Assembly (NCBI GenBank): GCA_965217865.1
Contig: CBDCJO010000002.1
Coordinates: 4,064,001 to 4,128,000, forward strand
Direction: 5' to 3'
Length of the DNA: 64,000 nt
Origin: Candidatus Latescibacterota bacterium
Lineage (GTDB): Bacteria; Latescibacterota; UBA2968; SICM01
The position numbers and the translations under genes are program-made. This document shows positions 21,225-31,202 of this stretch, piece by piece. The notes beneath the pieces are model-generated. The model had not been told where the DNA came from and searched no databases. It worked only from the letters and a program-made list of their open reading frames with translations. Every line of letters starts with the position of its first letter. Within the stretch, counting starts at the first letter, position 1.

Positions 21225-22216
21225 GCCAAATCTTAACGGAAAATCCTGCTTCGATACCCTACTCCCCATTCGGGCTCTCCCTCTCTCAGGAGGGATTGAT
21301 CGAGGAGATCAACCGCCTTCGGACTGAAAAAAAGGCAATGATCCTTGCCCACAACTATCAGGTCCCGGAGGTACAGGACATCGCTGATTTCACCGGCGAC
21401 TCCCTTGGACTCTCAATCGAAGCCACCAGGACGGATGCAGAGATCATCGTGTTTTGCGGCGTCCACTTTATGGCCGAGTCCACGAAAGTCCTCAACGTCG
21501 AAAAGAGGGTATTTCTCCCCCATCTTGGGGCGGGGTGCGCCCTGGCGGATTCCATCACACCGGAAAGCCTGGACGATTGGAAGGAACGTTACCCCGGATA
21601 TACGGTCGTGACATACATCAACTCGTCCGCAGAGGTAAAGGCCGAATCCGACATCTGTTGTACATCGGCAAACGCCGTGGCCGTGGTCAGAAGCCTGGAA
21701 AACGACAAAGTTCTGTTCACGCCGGACCGGAATTTAGGGCGGTGGGTCAAGGATCAAGTTCCGGAGAAGGATATCGCGATCTACGATGGGGTCTGCCCCA
21801 CACACGACGTCCTCAGGGGGGCGAACGTTCTGAAGACCAGGGAGGCCTTCCCGGAGGCGGTGATCATCGCCCACCCCGAATGCCGGGAAGACATCGTGGA
21901 TCTTGCGGATGAGGTCTGCTCCACCACCGGCATGATGTCTGCGATAGAGCGGCATCCTGAAGCGAAATCATTCATCATTGCCACGGAGAACGGGATCATC
22001 CATCAGATGAAGAAGCGCTTTCCGGACAAGGAGTTCATTCTTGCCGACGGCTGCATCGGATGTCGCCTCCACTGCCCTTACATGAAGGTGACCGGCCTGG
22101 AGGACGTCTATCTCTCGCTCGAGGATGAGCGCTTCGAGATCCGGGTCGATCCCGAAGTACTCCGGGGAGCCAAGGAATCGCTCGACAGGATGATGGCCGT
22201 TCCACGGGATAACTGA
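21221..22216 (+). CDS. nadA: Quinolinate synthase
   Basis: ILAHNYQ, GDSLGL, FCGVHFMAE, YINSSAEVKA, CCTSANA, AHPEC, CPYMK. Confidence 0.97.
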   Translation: MSQILTENPASIPYSPFGLSLSQEGLIEEINRLRTEKKAMILAHNYQVPEVQDIADFTGDSLGLSIEATRTDAEIIVFCGVHFMAESTKVLNVEKRVFLPHLGAGCALADSITPESLDDWKERYPGYTVVTYINSSAEVKAESDICCTSANAVAVVRSLENDKVLFTPDRNLGRWVKDQVPEKDIAIYDGVCPTHDVLRGANVLKTREAFPEAVIIAHPECREDIVDLADEVCSTTGMMSAIERHPEAKSFIIATENGIIHQMKKRFPDKEFILADGCIGCRLHCPYMKVTGLEDVYLSLEDERFEIRVDPEVLRGAKESLDRMMAVPRDN

Positions 22217-22240
22217 AACAGACTCTGGTAGGACACATCA

Positions 22241-22292
22241 AAACGGGCAGAGACGGTCTGGATATTCAATGACCGGCGTCTCTGCCCTTTTT
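22241..22292 (+). terminator. Terminator after nadA
   Basis: GGGCAGAGACG/CGTCTCTGCCC stem followed by TTTTT. Confidence 0.7.
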
Positions 22293-22400
22293 GTTTCACT
22301 GCCCCGATTGCGATTCCGGGAGTCCATCCACTAGGTCCAGGCATATCTCAAATCGCAAGGTGATTTGTCGGGATGCGACGCGTATCTGAAACCGATCCGG

Positions 22401-22540
22401 AAGATGTCATCCCGAGCGCAATACTACCCAAGTTCAGACCTTTGCCCGGACCTTGTGCGCGAAGGATCTCTGCCTCGCTTTTCCTGCCACTGCCACTGCT
22501 ACTGCTTTCCCTGACCTCTGACCCCTCCCTGATCCCTGGC
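22401..22540. repeat. Module C (GATGTCATCCYGAGCGCAATACTACCCAAGTTCAGACC..GTGCGCGAAGGATCTC) plus short-unit arrays
   Basis: Near-identical copies at 26250-26346 and, inverted, 63871-63966. Confidence 0.88.
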
Positions 22541-22543
22541 TTT

Positions 22544-23041
22544 TCACCCCGCTTTCCTCAGCAGAATCTGGAAGATCATAACGTGCGTTACGATCAAGGC
22601 TGGAACAACCAGGAGAGGGATAAAAACCACTCCACCCAGTTGGCCTGCATCTACATGCCGGACACCCTGTGACACTGCATACAGTGCGTCCAGACTTCCT
22701 TCCAGATTGAAGATCCAGACTGCTGGAACTGCGATCGACCATCTAAACTTAAGTGCTACAGCCGCGAGCAGCGCCAGGACAGACGCCAGAAGGTCGCCAT
22801 AGGCTGCCGGTACGGCAAAATCGTGCGTAACGTCGGGTGAAACGACACCAGGTATAAGAAAAGCCAGTCCAATGTATCGAAATGCGTGGGGAAGCACGAG
22901 TGGGATCAGCGCATCATGTCGGGAAAGGTTCGCCAAGGCCGGCATGACATACCATCGAGCGATCAGACCGTAGGTCAGCATCCCAATCGCTATGCTTACC
23001 ACGATCTTCATCATATCCTGTCCCAGGACTTCTGAAGCCAT
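22544..23041 (-). CDS. Hypothetical integral membrane protein
   Basis: 165 aa, 5-6 hydrophobic segments, HAFRYIGLAF and AYGDL motifs; GAGGGG RBS. Confidence 0.8.
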   Translation of the reverse strand: MASEVLGQDMMKIVVSIAIGMLTYGLIARWYVMPALANLSRHDALIPLVLPHAFRYIGLAFLIPGVVSPDVTHDFAVPAAYGDLLASVLALLAAVALKFRWSIAVPAVWIFNLEGSLDALYAVSQGVRHVDAGQLGGVVFIPLLVVPALIVTHVMIFQILLRKAG

Positions 23042-23149
23042 AAATGCCCCCCTCTAATCTCTTTGGTCTACGTAGGATGTAAGAATCTGGCAAACTGTAT
23101 GCACTTGTATTTCAGCAAGAAATATAAGATACATCCTGTGGCGTCGCAA

Positions 23150-23530
23150 TCTTCATTTCCACTGCCACTACCGGTTTTGACTTCCCTGACCCTCGGACCT
23201 CCGACCTCTGGCCCCTGCTTTTCCTGCCACTGCAACTGCCTTTTACTCTCTCACACCTGTCTGAGTTGGCTGCGAAGCCGCCGTATCGAAGGTCTAGCTT
23301 CTGAGCTGACTTTGGCCTTCTTCTGTATTCTGTATTCTGTATTCCGGTGGGTAAAGGGAGGAAGGGCCTTCTGCCCTCGGACCTCCGATCCCCGACTTCC
23401 GTCTCGCGGCTCCCTGACCTCCCGCCAACTGAAATTGAATTTAGGTGTTCTTCTGACTCCTGTCTTCTGTCTTCTATATTCTATATTCTGTATTCCGGTG
23501 GGGGTGGGCGGAAGGGTCTCCATTTTCCCC
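23150..23530. repeat. Mosaic with two module A copies (about 23302-23366 and 23434-23519)
   Basis: TTCTGTA arrays ending in CCGGTGGG..GGAAGGG. Confidence 0.85.
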
Positions 23531-23595
23531 TTGACGTTCCCTCGAATTCATCCGTACACTGTCCCGGCGCAATCCCGCGGGATAGTTAGAGAGCG

Positions 23596-23772
23596 ATGAC
23601 GATTCGAAAAGCGATAGATTCGGACTCCGACGCCATATGCGGTTTCTTTGCATTTTTCATTTTTCATTTTCCATTTCCATGGGGCTTCTCGATCGTGGGG
23701 ACCCTGCCGAAGGCGTTCAATCATCCTGAACTTGGGCTTGTTGATCTCTTCGTCATGCACAGGTTGATCTGA
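23596..23772 (+). pseudogene. GNAT acetyltransferase relic: N- and C-termini joined in frame by a CATTTT array
   Basis: 58-aa ORF MTIRKAIDSDSDAI-CGFFAFFIFHFPFPW-GFSIVGTLPKAFNHPELGLVDLFVMHRLI*; TTGACG-18-TACACT promoter at 23531-23560. Confidence 0.75.
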
Positions 23773-23914
23773 TCGGAACCTGCCATCATCTGAACTGGCT
23801 TTTTCTCTTCCGCAGATTGTTAAGGACGCCTGGGCACGACGAGCGCTTTCCCGTCTCACGTTTCACGTCTTACGTCCTGGCCCTGACTTTCCATTTTCCA
23901 TTCCCATTTCCCTC

Positions 23915-24481
23915 ATGAACACACGTAAAGTTACTTGGATCACTGCTGGCATCCTGTTTGCGGCCGCGAGCATTTGGATTCACTACGAAGTGAAAGTCAA
24001 GATGCTCCACCGGGGTGGTGGTTCCGTTCGCCAGCTTGGAACCATTAAAGTCGACGAGATGGCACCGGATTTCTCGGCTCGCGATTTGAAAGGCCGTGAT
24101 GTTGTGCTGTCGGCATTTCGCGACCGAAAGGTTGTGCTGTTGGATTTTTGGGCGACCTGGTGTGGCCAGTGTCGGAGGGCGATGCCTTCACTCCAAACGC
24201 TTCACGATGAATCCAAAGACCGGGGGGTAGAACTCCTCAGCGTGAACCTGGGTGAAGAACATGCGAAAGTGCAGCATTTCATCCAAAGAAATGACTACAC
24301 GTTCCGGGTAGTTCTCGATGAAGATAGCACCATCGGTGGTAAATTCGGCATACGTTCAATCCCCTCCATGGTGGTAGTGGACAAAGGCGGCCTGGTGCAG
24401 TGGATCCACGTTGGATACCAGAAAGAATTGAAAGAGTTACGGAGCCTGTTGGATAGGCTGACGAAAGAAGGGGGAACATGA
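23915..24481 (+). CDS. TlpA-family thiol-disulfide oxidoreductase
   Basis: N-terminal TM; APDF; DFWATWCGQC; IPSMVVVD. Confidence 0.92.
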   Translation: MNTRKVTWITAGILFAAASIWIHYEVKVKMLHRGGGSVRQLGTIKVDEMAPDFSARDLKGRDVVLSAFRDRKVVLLDFWATWCGQCRRAMPSLQTLHDESKDRGVELLSVNLGEEHAKVQHFIQRNDYTFRVVLDEDSTIGGKFGIRSIPSMVVVDKGGLVQWIHVGYQKELKELRSLLDRLTKEGGT

Positions 24482-25389
24482 TCGTTATTCGCACAGACAA
24501 TTTGTGCAAAACCTATAAGGGGAAAACCACAGCGTTAGATGGACTGAACCTCGAAGTGCAGTCAGGCGAAGTGTTTGGTTTTCTTGGTCCAAACGGCGCC
24601 GGCAAAACGACCACCATCCATCTTCTGTTGAACTTTATAAGGCCTAGCAAGGGTACGGCGTTTTTGTTTGAACAACCCGTCACCTGCACAGAGACTCATC
24701 ACAGGCTCGGATACCTGCCCGAATCAGTGAACCTGCACGACTATTATCGTGGGGGGCGGCTCCTGGAGTTTTACGCCGGTTTGCTGGGTATGCCATCTGC
24801 AGCCCGTTCGCCGCGGGTGGAGGAATTATTAAAGCTAATGGACTTGCAGGAGGCCAGAGACAAGCCCATCTCTAAATATTCAAAGGGTATGCTTCAACGC
24901 ATTGGCCTTGCCCAGGCGATGCTCAACGACCCTGAATTGCTCATCCTCGATGAACCCACCTCCAGCCTCGACCCGCTCGGGCGCAGGGAATTTCGCGATA
25001 TTCTACTGGAACTCAGGCGTCGGGGTAAAACCGTCTTCATCAGTTCGCATATTTTGTCCGAAGTGGAGTCGGTGTGTGACCGCGTGGCCATTCTGCAAAA
25101 CGGACAACTGCGCCGGGTGGGAACGTTACAGGAATTGTCCAGCGCCACAGGTGCCAGAATTATTGTAAAGAGCCTGCCCGCCGAATTGGTGGAGACGTTA
25201 GCCGCCACAACAGTTCGTGTGACCTTCGAGCAGGGGCAAGTAACGATCCATTGTCAGGATGAGACGCTGCGCCGGGATGCCGAGCAGCTGCTGGCTCAAC
25301 ATCACGTGGACATTGAGCGAATTGAACCCGAAACGCAATCACTGGAAGATATTTTCATGTCTGCCATGGACCAAGAGGATAATCCATGA
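24478..25389 (+). CDS. ABC transporter ATP-binding protein
   Basis: GPNGAGKTT, YSKGMLQR, LILDEP, SSH. Confidence 0.95.
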   Translation: MIVIRTDNLCKTYKGKTTALDGLNLEVQSGEVFGFLGPNGAGKTTTIHLLLNFIRPSKGTAFLFEQPVTCTETHHRLGYLPESVNLHDYYRGGRLLEFYAGLLGMPSAARSPRVEELLKLMDLQEARDKPISKYSKGMLQRIGLAQAMLNDPELLILDEPTSSLDPLGRREFRDILLELRRRGKTVFISSHILSEVESVCDRVAILQNGQLRRVGTLQELSSATGARIIVKSLPAELVETLAATTVRVTFEQGQVTIHCQDETLRRDAEQLLAQHHVDIERIEPETQSLEDIFMSAMDQEDNP

Positions 25390-26174
25390 AAACGGTTCTA
25401 CTCATTGCCATTGATACGATCCGCGAACTGCTGCACCACCGCTTGCTTCTGGCGATGGTGCTGGTATCCCTTGGATTGATCTTTATTTCTTCTGTCCTAT
25501 TCAGTGCAACCAGGAAACAAATTGCCCACCAGGGCTATGACAATTTGAGTGAAGCCAAACAGCGAGAAATGCGCAAAGCCCTAGAAATGGCTGGTTCTGT
25601 CTATCAGGCCGGTTTTTACCAAGTCGCCTCACTCGGCGGTTCCCTTATCGCGCTGTTCATCTTCTGTACAGCTGTTTCTTCGGAAATCCGTAAAGGAACA
25701 ATCCGCGTTACCCTGTCCAAGCCTGTGTCCCGTACGCAATTCCTTCTGGGCAAATATTTTGGCGGTGTCATAGTCATGGTCGGCTATTCAGCAGTTGCCA
25801 GGGTCGCTATGGACCTTTTCGCGCAATATCACCAGATGGAATTAAGCCCCGCGATTAAATTCCATTCCTGGATGATGTTGTGTGAACACCTGATGGTGGG
25901 CTCCGTGGGCATGCTGCTGTCGCTGTTTGTTCATCCGCTTATTGCTGCCATCCTGGCATATTTTGCCAGCGCGAGTTTGCTTTCGCCCCCTAATCCCCTC
26001 TATTTTATCCTGCCCAGCTATGACCGCTACAATCTCTTTCTTAGTATCTTGAAAAGGAGTTCAAGTCTGATGGATGTGAAGGACGTCGTTTTGCTCTCTC
26101 TCTACACTATCGATTTCATTGCGATCGTCCTTCTGTTTGCGCTTTGGCGTTTCCGCTCGAAAGAGCTTGTATAG
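25386..26174 (+). CDS. ABC-2 type permease
   Basis: Six TM segments; EIRKGTIRVTLSKPVSRTQFLLGK motif. Confidence 0.9.
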   Translation: MKTVLLIAIDTIRELLHHRLLLAMVLVSLGLIFISSVLFSATRKQIAHQGYDNLSEAKQREMRKALEMAGSVYQAGFYQVASLGGSLIALFIFCTAVSSEIRKGTIRVTLSKPVSRTQFLLGKYFGGVIVMVGYSAVARVAMDLFAQYHQMELSPAIKFHSWMMLCEHLMVGSVGMLLSLFVHPLIAAILAYFASASLLSPPNPLYFILPSYDRYNLFLSILKRSSSLMDVKDVVLLSLYTIDFIAIVLLFALWRFRSKELV

Positions 26175-26249
26175 CCAACGATTCTGCTTAGATTCCGAGA
26201 GGGCCCTGCGGCCTCAAAAGATCGTGAAGCGTAAAACAGTCTTCTTCAT

Positions 26250-26430
26250 TTCCTATGAGATGGGAATCCTGAGTAAAGATGTCATCCTGAGCGCAATACT
26301 ACCCAAGTTCAGACCTGCCCCGGTCCTTGTGCGCGAAGGATCTCTGTTTCGCTTTTCCTGCCACTGCCATTGCTACTGCTTTTCCCTGACCCCTGACCTC
26401 CGGCCTCTGACCCCTGACTTTTTCATTTCC
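26250..26430. repeat. Module C copy plus CCACTG and TGACCCC arrays
   Basis: Matches 22401-22540. Confidence 0.88.
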
Positions 26431-26435
26431 ATGCC

Positions 26436-26612
26436 ATGTCCGATCTATTAAAATCTTTGACAAAGGTTCATGACGCCAGGACCCTCCGCGCATCCTCCTG
26501 GGAGACAAACGGGAGGAACGCCGACCGCTGGACCATTGACGGGGGAGAGACCCGGATCCTTGCGGACCTTCAGGGGCCAGGATGCATCACGCACATCTGG
26601 ATGACCCAGGGG
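26436..26612 (+). pseudogene. DUF2961 (GH172-like) N-terminal fragment
   Basis: RASSWETNGRNAD..GETRILADLQGPGCITHIWMT, then an abrupt switch to ankyrin-gene sequence. Confidence 0.75.
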
Positions 26613-26896
26613 GAAAGCCCAGACCGTCGTCGCCCGCGAGTATGGGTTCCCGAGCTGGCCGAAGCTCAAGGCGTTCGTGGAAGCGGACAAACACCGGGGC
26701 GTCATGCCCGACGAGCTGGATGATGTGCAGTCTGCGTTTATTCATGCCGTACGCTCCGAAGATGTTGAAACCGTACGCGAGTTGCTTGGTCAACAACCCC
26801 AATTGGCCACCCTCCGCATCTGCAACGAGGCGGTCGATGAGGATGACCCCCGGTCAACCACGCCACTGCACATGTCCTCGTTTATACCCGGCAACG

Positions 26897-28461
26897 TATC
26901 TTTTGTCTGAGATCGCCCGAAAAAACGGGGGCAAGGTCGAAGCAAGATCCTGGTTGCCTGTAGGGTTGAGAAGGGATACATATTTTGGGATATCCCTGAC
27001 CTCACAGGAGGAGTAAAGATGGAGCAACTGTCCTCAAACAGTGACCCGGTCAAGAAGCGCAGGAGCTTGTCCCCGGAACAGAAGTATGAGATTTTCCTTG
27101 AAGCCAGCCGGGGAGATGTTCCCATTGCACAGGTGCTGCGGAAATGGGGCATTCATTCCTCGGATCTAAAGCGTATTCGTGAGTCGGTCAAGTCCGGGGC
27201 CCTCAAGGAGTTCAAGGGTCGCCGGAGCCGCAAGCCGATGGTATCGGCTGAGGAGGTGGAGCAGCTGCGCAAAGAGCGGGCACGCCTGGAGCAAACGATC
27301 ATTGAGCAATCTGTGGAACTTTCCCTGCTAAAAAAAAGTGTGAATGGGATCTGACAGGCCCGATCAAGGGCCACCGGGTGCAAGCTGAGGTCAAACGCGA
27401 GATCCTCTTAATGGTCCATCGGGCCAAGGAGAAAGGGGTGAAACTCACCCGTTCTTGCGAGATCCTACAGCTTCCCCTCCAGCGGTATTGTGCCTGGAGC
27501 CGGCGAGATCGAGAAGAGAAGCTGGATGGGGTGTCGGACCCGCTTTTGGATGGGAAGCCCGGGCCCGCCCCTGATAAGGCCCCACACGGATTGCTGAGGG
27601 AGGAGAAAGAGCAAATCCCGGCCCTCTTAAGGGATGAGACCTATGCCGATCTGCCTCCCCATCAGCTGGCGGTGGTAGCCTCAGAGAAGGGGGTAGTGCA
27701 GGCCTCGGCCTCCAGCTTCTACCGACAGGCCAGGAAAGAACGTCTGGCACGCAGGAAACAGGTGAGGACGCCGGTCAAGCAGAGCAAGCCCCAGGTCAAA
27801 CCTGAAGGTCCTAATCAGGTCTGGAGCTGGGACCTGACCTACATCCCATTTTTCGGTTTGTTCCTGTATTTTACCGCCATTCTCGACGTGTATTCCAGGA
27901 AGATCGTAGGATGGAAGCTCTCCTTCAACGCGACCGTGGAGCAGGTCAAACAGGCCTGGGATCAAGCCCTTGCCAACGAAGGACTGCTGGACCTGGACAC
28001 TGGGCCCATAAGCTTGACAGCCCTCTCAGATCACGGATCTCAGATGAAGGCCAAATCGATGGCCCAATTCTTCAAGGACCTGGGCATCTCGCAGCTGTTT
28101 GCCCGATATCAAACACCCACGGACAACGCCTGGATCGAAGCCTTTTTCCGGACATTCAAATACGACTGGCTGCGCTTCCAGGACATCTTCACATTCCATC
28201 AACTGGAAGGCCTGATTGATTCCTTCATTCACAGCTACAACGCCGAACGCTATCACGGGGCAATACAGTATGTCACGCCTCTTCAGAGGCATAAAGGCCA
28301 GCATCAAAAGATTCTTCACCACCGACAAGGTCGAAAGGAGGAGGCTCGGCAGCGCCGCATAGAAATCAATCGGCAAAGAACATCCCAGACCATCCACAAG
28401 GCTGCCTGAATCTTGCTTGGACCTTTATCTACTTTTCTCTTGTTATCTCAGAATAGATACA
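26897..28461 (+). mobile_element. IS3-family insertion sequence, intact copy (1565 bp) with a 4-bp AACG target duplication
   Basis: Imperfect terminal IRs TATCTTTTGTCTGAGAT / ATCTCAGAATAGATACA; AACG at 26893-26896 and 28462-28465; second copy at 44371. Confidence 0.93.
27019..28409 (+). CDS. IS3-family transposase OrfA (27019-27354) and OrfB (27378-28409) with a probable -1 frameshift
   Basis: HTH OrfA; DDE OrfB (WSWDLTY, SDHGSQ, DNAWIEAFFRTFK); A8G slippery site at 27330-27338 followed by a GGCCC..GGGCC hairpin; OrfB is in the -1 frame. Confidence 0.92.
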
Positions 28462-29526
28462 AACGAAGAATTGGTTGCGCTACTGCTTGAGGCCGGCGCA
28501 GAGGTGGATGCGCTAGGCTATCAGGGATTCTGGCGCACGCCGCTGTCGCTCGCTGCGTGGGAGGGCACAGTTGGCTGCGTGCGCCTCTTGCTCGAAGCCG
28601 GTGCCGACCCCAATCCGATCACATCCATCGGCATCTCGCCTCTACACAACTCCGTGTGTCACCGTTCACACGAGAAGACCAAGCTACTGCTGGAGTACGG
28701 CGCCCAGCCGACTCTGTACGTCGCCGTCGCGCTAGGGATGGCCGATCGCGTGCACGGTCTGCTTGAGCAGGAACCAGGACTCGTCAACGTACCCGGTGAG
28801 AGCAACCTTCTGCCCATGACCGTGGCGGCAGAGTTCGGACAGAGAGACGTAGCCGAAGTGTTGATCCAGCACGGCGCCGAGGTCACACTGACTCAAGCCT
28901 GTGGCCTGGGCATACTGGATCGTGTCAAGACATTGGTCGAGAAGAATCGGGACGCGGTTAACCAGGTTGAAGAGGCGGATGCACCGCTGATCGCGGCGTC
29001 GCGTAACGGACATGCCGATATTGTGCGTTATCTGCTCGAGCAAGGGGTGGACGTCAATCTGGCTGCGAAGGAACAGGTTCACGACATCCAAGCCATCAAT
29101 CAGGCGAGCATGGCCGGTACTGCCTCGGCGGACGTGATCAATCTGCTTGCTGAAGCCGGTGCCGACGTCTGCCACGTGTATCGTGGAAATACACCGTTGA
29201 TGAGGGCCTTGGGACGCAATGAGACAGCAGTTCAGGCGTTGGTGAAACATGGCGGATTGGGACGGTTTTATGTCGTCGGCCAGTGGAGCGGTCACCTCGA
29301 CCGGATTGAACCCTTGCTTGAACTCGGCGCCGATGTGAACGAGACCGACGAAAAGGGCAGGACGGCGCTGGATCACGCCATCAACAATCGTGACGTGACG
29401 GAAGACCCCGGTCACATAAAACGCTTCACACAGATGATCGAGCTATTGCAAAAGCACGGCGGCAGGCGTGGTGACAGCAGCCCATAGCTGAAATTTTCAA
29501 TCTTCAATCTTCAATCTTCAGTTTCC

Positions 29527-31071
29527 ATGGAGGTCGTTGTGAGCGATCAACTCCCGCCTAATCCCTCTCTGCATCACCTCAAGTACCAGGCCCGCAACCT
29601 TCAGCACGCCCACACCGCCGGGGATGAGGACGCACTGACCCGGGTCCAAAGGCGTCTGCCCGGCTACGCCGGCCGGCTGTCTCTGGCCAAAGCGCAGACC
29701 GTCGTCGCGCGCGAGTATGGGTTCCCGAGCTGGCCGAAATTGAAGGCTTTCGTGGAAGCGGACAAGCCCCGCGGCCTCATGCCCGACGCACTCAACGATG
29801 AGCAGTCGGCGTTTATTCATGCCGTACTCGCCGATGATGTCGAAGCCGTGCGCAGGCTGCTTGGTCAACAACCCGAATTGGCCAACCTCCGCATCGCCGG
29901 CGACAGCATCCGACTCAAAGGCGTCGTCGATGAGAATGATCCCCGTTCAAGCACGCCACTGCACAACGCCGGGGTCCGCGGGCGCGAAAATTTGATTTCT
30001 TTACTGCTTGAGGCCGGGGCCCAGGTCGATGCGCTGGGCTACGACCACAACCATGGCGTGTGTACACCGCTGCAGCTCGCGGCGTGGGAGGGCACGCTTG
30101 GCTCCGTTCGCCTCTTGCTGGAAGCCGGCGCCGACCCCAATGCAATCACATCCGGGGGCGGCACGCCTCTGAGCACGGCCATGTGGCACAATGCGATGGA
30201 TAAGATCAAGCTGCTGCTGGATCACGGCGCCGACCCGGACCTGCACGTGGCCGTGGGGCTCGGTATGGTCGATCGCGTGCGCGCCCGCCTCGAAGAAGAA
30301 CCGGGGCTGGTCAACTTACCCGGTGGCTATAACGACCTGACTCCCCTGAGTGTAGCAGCGGAGTTCGGGCAGAGAGACGTAGCCGAAGTGCTGATCCACC
30401 ATGGCGCCGAGGTCACACTGATTCAAGCCTGTGGTCTGGGAATGCTGGACCGCGTCAAGACAGAGGTCAAGAAAAATCCGGCCTCGGTCAACCAGGTGAC
30501 GCAGTATCCCCCCTGGCACTCTGAGGCACCGCTGTTCGCGGCGTCGAGCAACGGACATGCCGATGTCGTGCGTTATCTGCTCGCGAACGGAGCTGACGTA
30601 AACCTGACCCTGGGGGAAGGTCATACCGAGTACCAGCCAATCGACTCGGCTACGACGGCAGACGTGATTGATCTTTTCGCTAATGCTGGTGCCGACGTCT
30701 GCCACGTGAATCGCGGATTTACACCGCTGATGCGAGTATTGGCGGACTACGAGAAGAGCCAGGGTTCGGCAGGCTCATCCAAATTGGCACGGCGCGATGA
30801 AGCGGGAACTAAGGCGTATGTGAAACATGGCGGGTTGGGACGGTTTTATGTGGTGGGGCAGTGGGAAGGCCACATCGTTCGGATTGAACCCCTGCTCGAA
30901 CTCGGCGCCGATGTAAACGAGACCGACGGAAACGGCAAGACCGCGCTGGATCATGCCATTAAGAATCGTGACAGGTCGGGACAACAGCTGACATTGCATA
31001 GGCCGACTTTGCGCGGTCCCCGCTTGGCCTACCCCCAATCACACATTCACAGAGATTTTGTTTCCAATTAA
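29527..31071 (+). CDS. Ankyrin-repeat protein (probable start GTG 29539); native C-terminus replaced after about 30972
   Basis: TPLH/TPL..AA..G ankyrin units; N-terminal AQTVVAREYGFPSW domain; diverges from its paralog after NRD. Confidence 0.88.
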   Translation: MEVVVSDQLPPNPSLHHLKYQARNLQHAHTAGDEDALTRVQRRLPGYAGRLSLAKAQTVVAREYGFPSWPKLKAFVEADKPRGLMPDALNDEQSAFIHAVLADDVEAVRRLLGQQPELANLRIAGDSIRLKGVVDENDPRSSTPLHNAGVRGRENLISLLLEAGAQVDALGYDHNHGVCTPLQLAAWEGTLGSVRLLLEAGADPNAITSGGGTPLSTAMWHNAMDKIKLLLDHGADPDLHVAVGLGMVDRVRARLEEEPGLVNLPGGYNDLTPLSVAAEFGQRDVAEVLIHHGAEVTLIQACGLGMLDRVKTEVKKNPASVNQVTQYPPWHSEAPLFAASSNGHADVVRYLLANGADVNLTLGEGHTEYQPIDSATTADVIDLFANAGADVCHVNRGFTPLMRVLADYEKSQGSAGSSKLARRDEAGTKAYVKHGGLGRFYVVGQWEGHIVRIEPLLELGADVNETDGNGKTALDHAIKNRDRSGQQLTLHRPTLRGPRLAYPQSHIHRDFVSN

Positions 31072-31126
31072 ATCTCGTAAATACAGTATATTATGCATGA
31101 TCTTACAATACTTCTTGGTTTTTTTA

Positions 31127-31199
31127 TTGACAAAATCCAGTCACCATGTTTACAATATAGGGACCAAATATTGACAATGTTGTATGGTTATGTTGACAA
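31127..31199 (+). promoter_or_regulatory. Array of four TTKACAA boxes at exact 22-bp spacing
   Basis: Boxes start at 31127, 31149, 31171 and 31193. Confidence 0.7.
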
Positions 31200-31202
31200 A
31201 CT

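Larger units (their letters stand above)
26614..29487 (+). pseudogene. Ankyrin-repeat gene, 5'-truncated and interrupted by an IS
   Basis: Removing 26897-28461 and one AACG restores ..PLHMSSFIPGN-EELVALLLEAG..; close paralog of 29527..31071. Confidence 0.88.

Noticed and set aside
23063-23599. ORFs lying in repeat mosaics (also 9784..9978, 19309..19749, 38807..39013) and N-terminal extensions of the NHL ORFs
   Set aside because: They are low-complexity translations of the arrays with no RBS. The conserved NHL start is MSRLCM.
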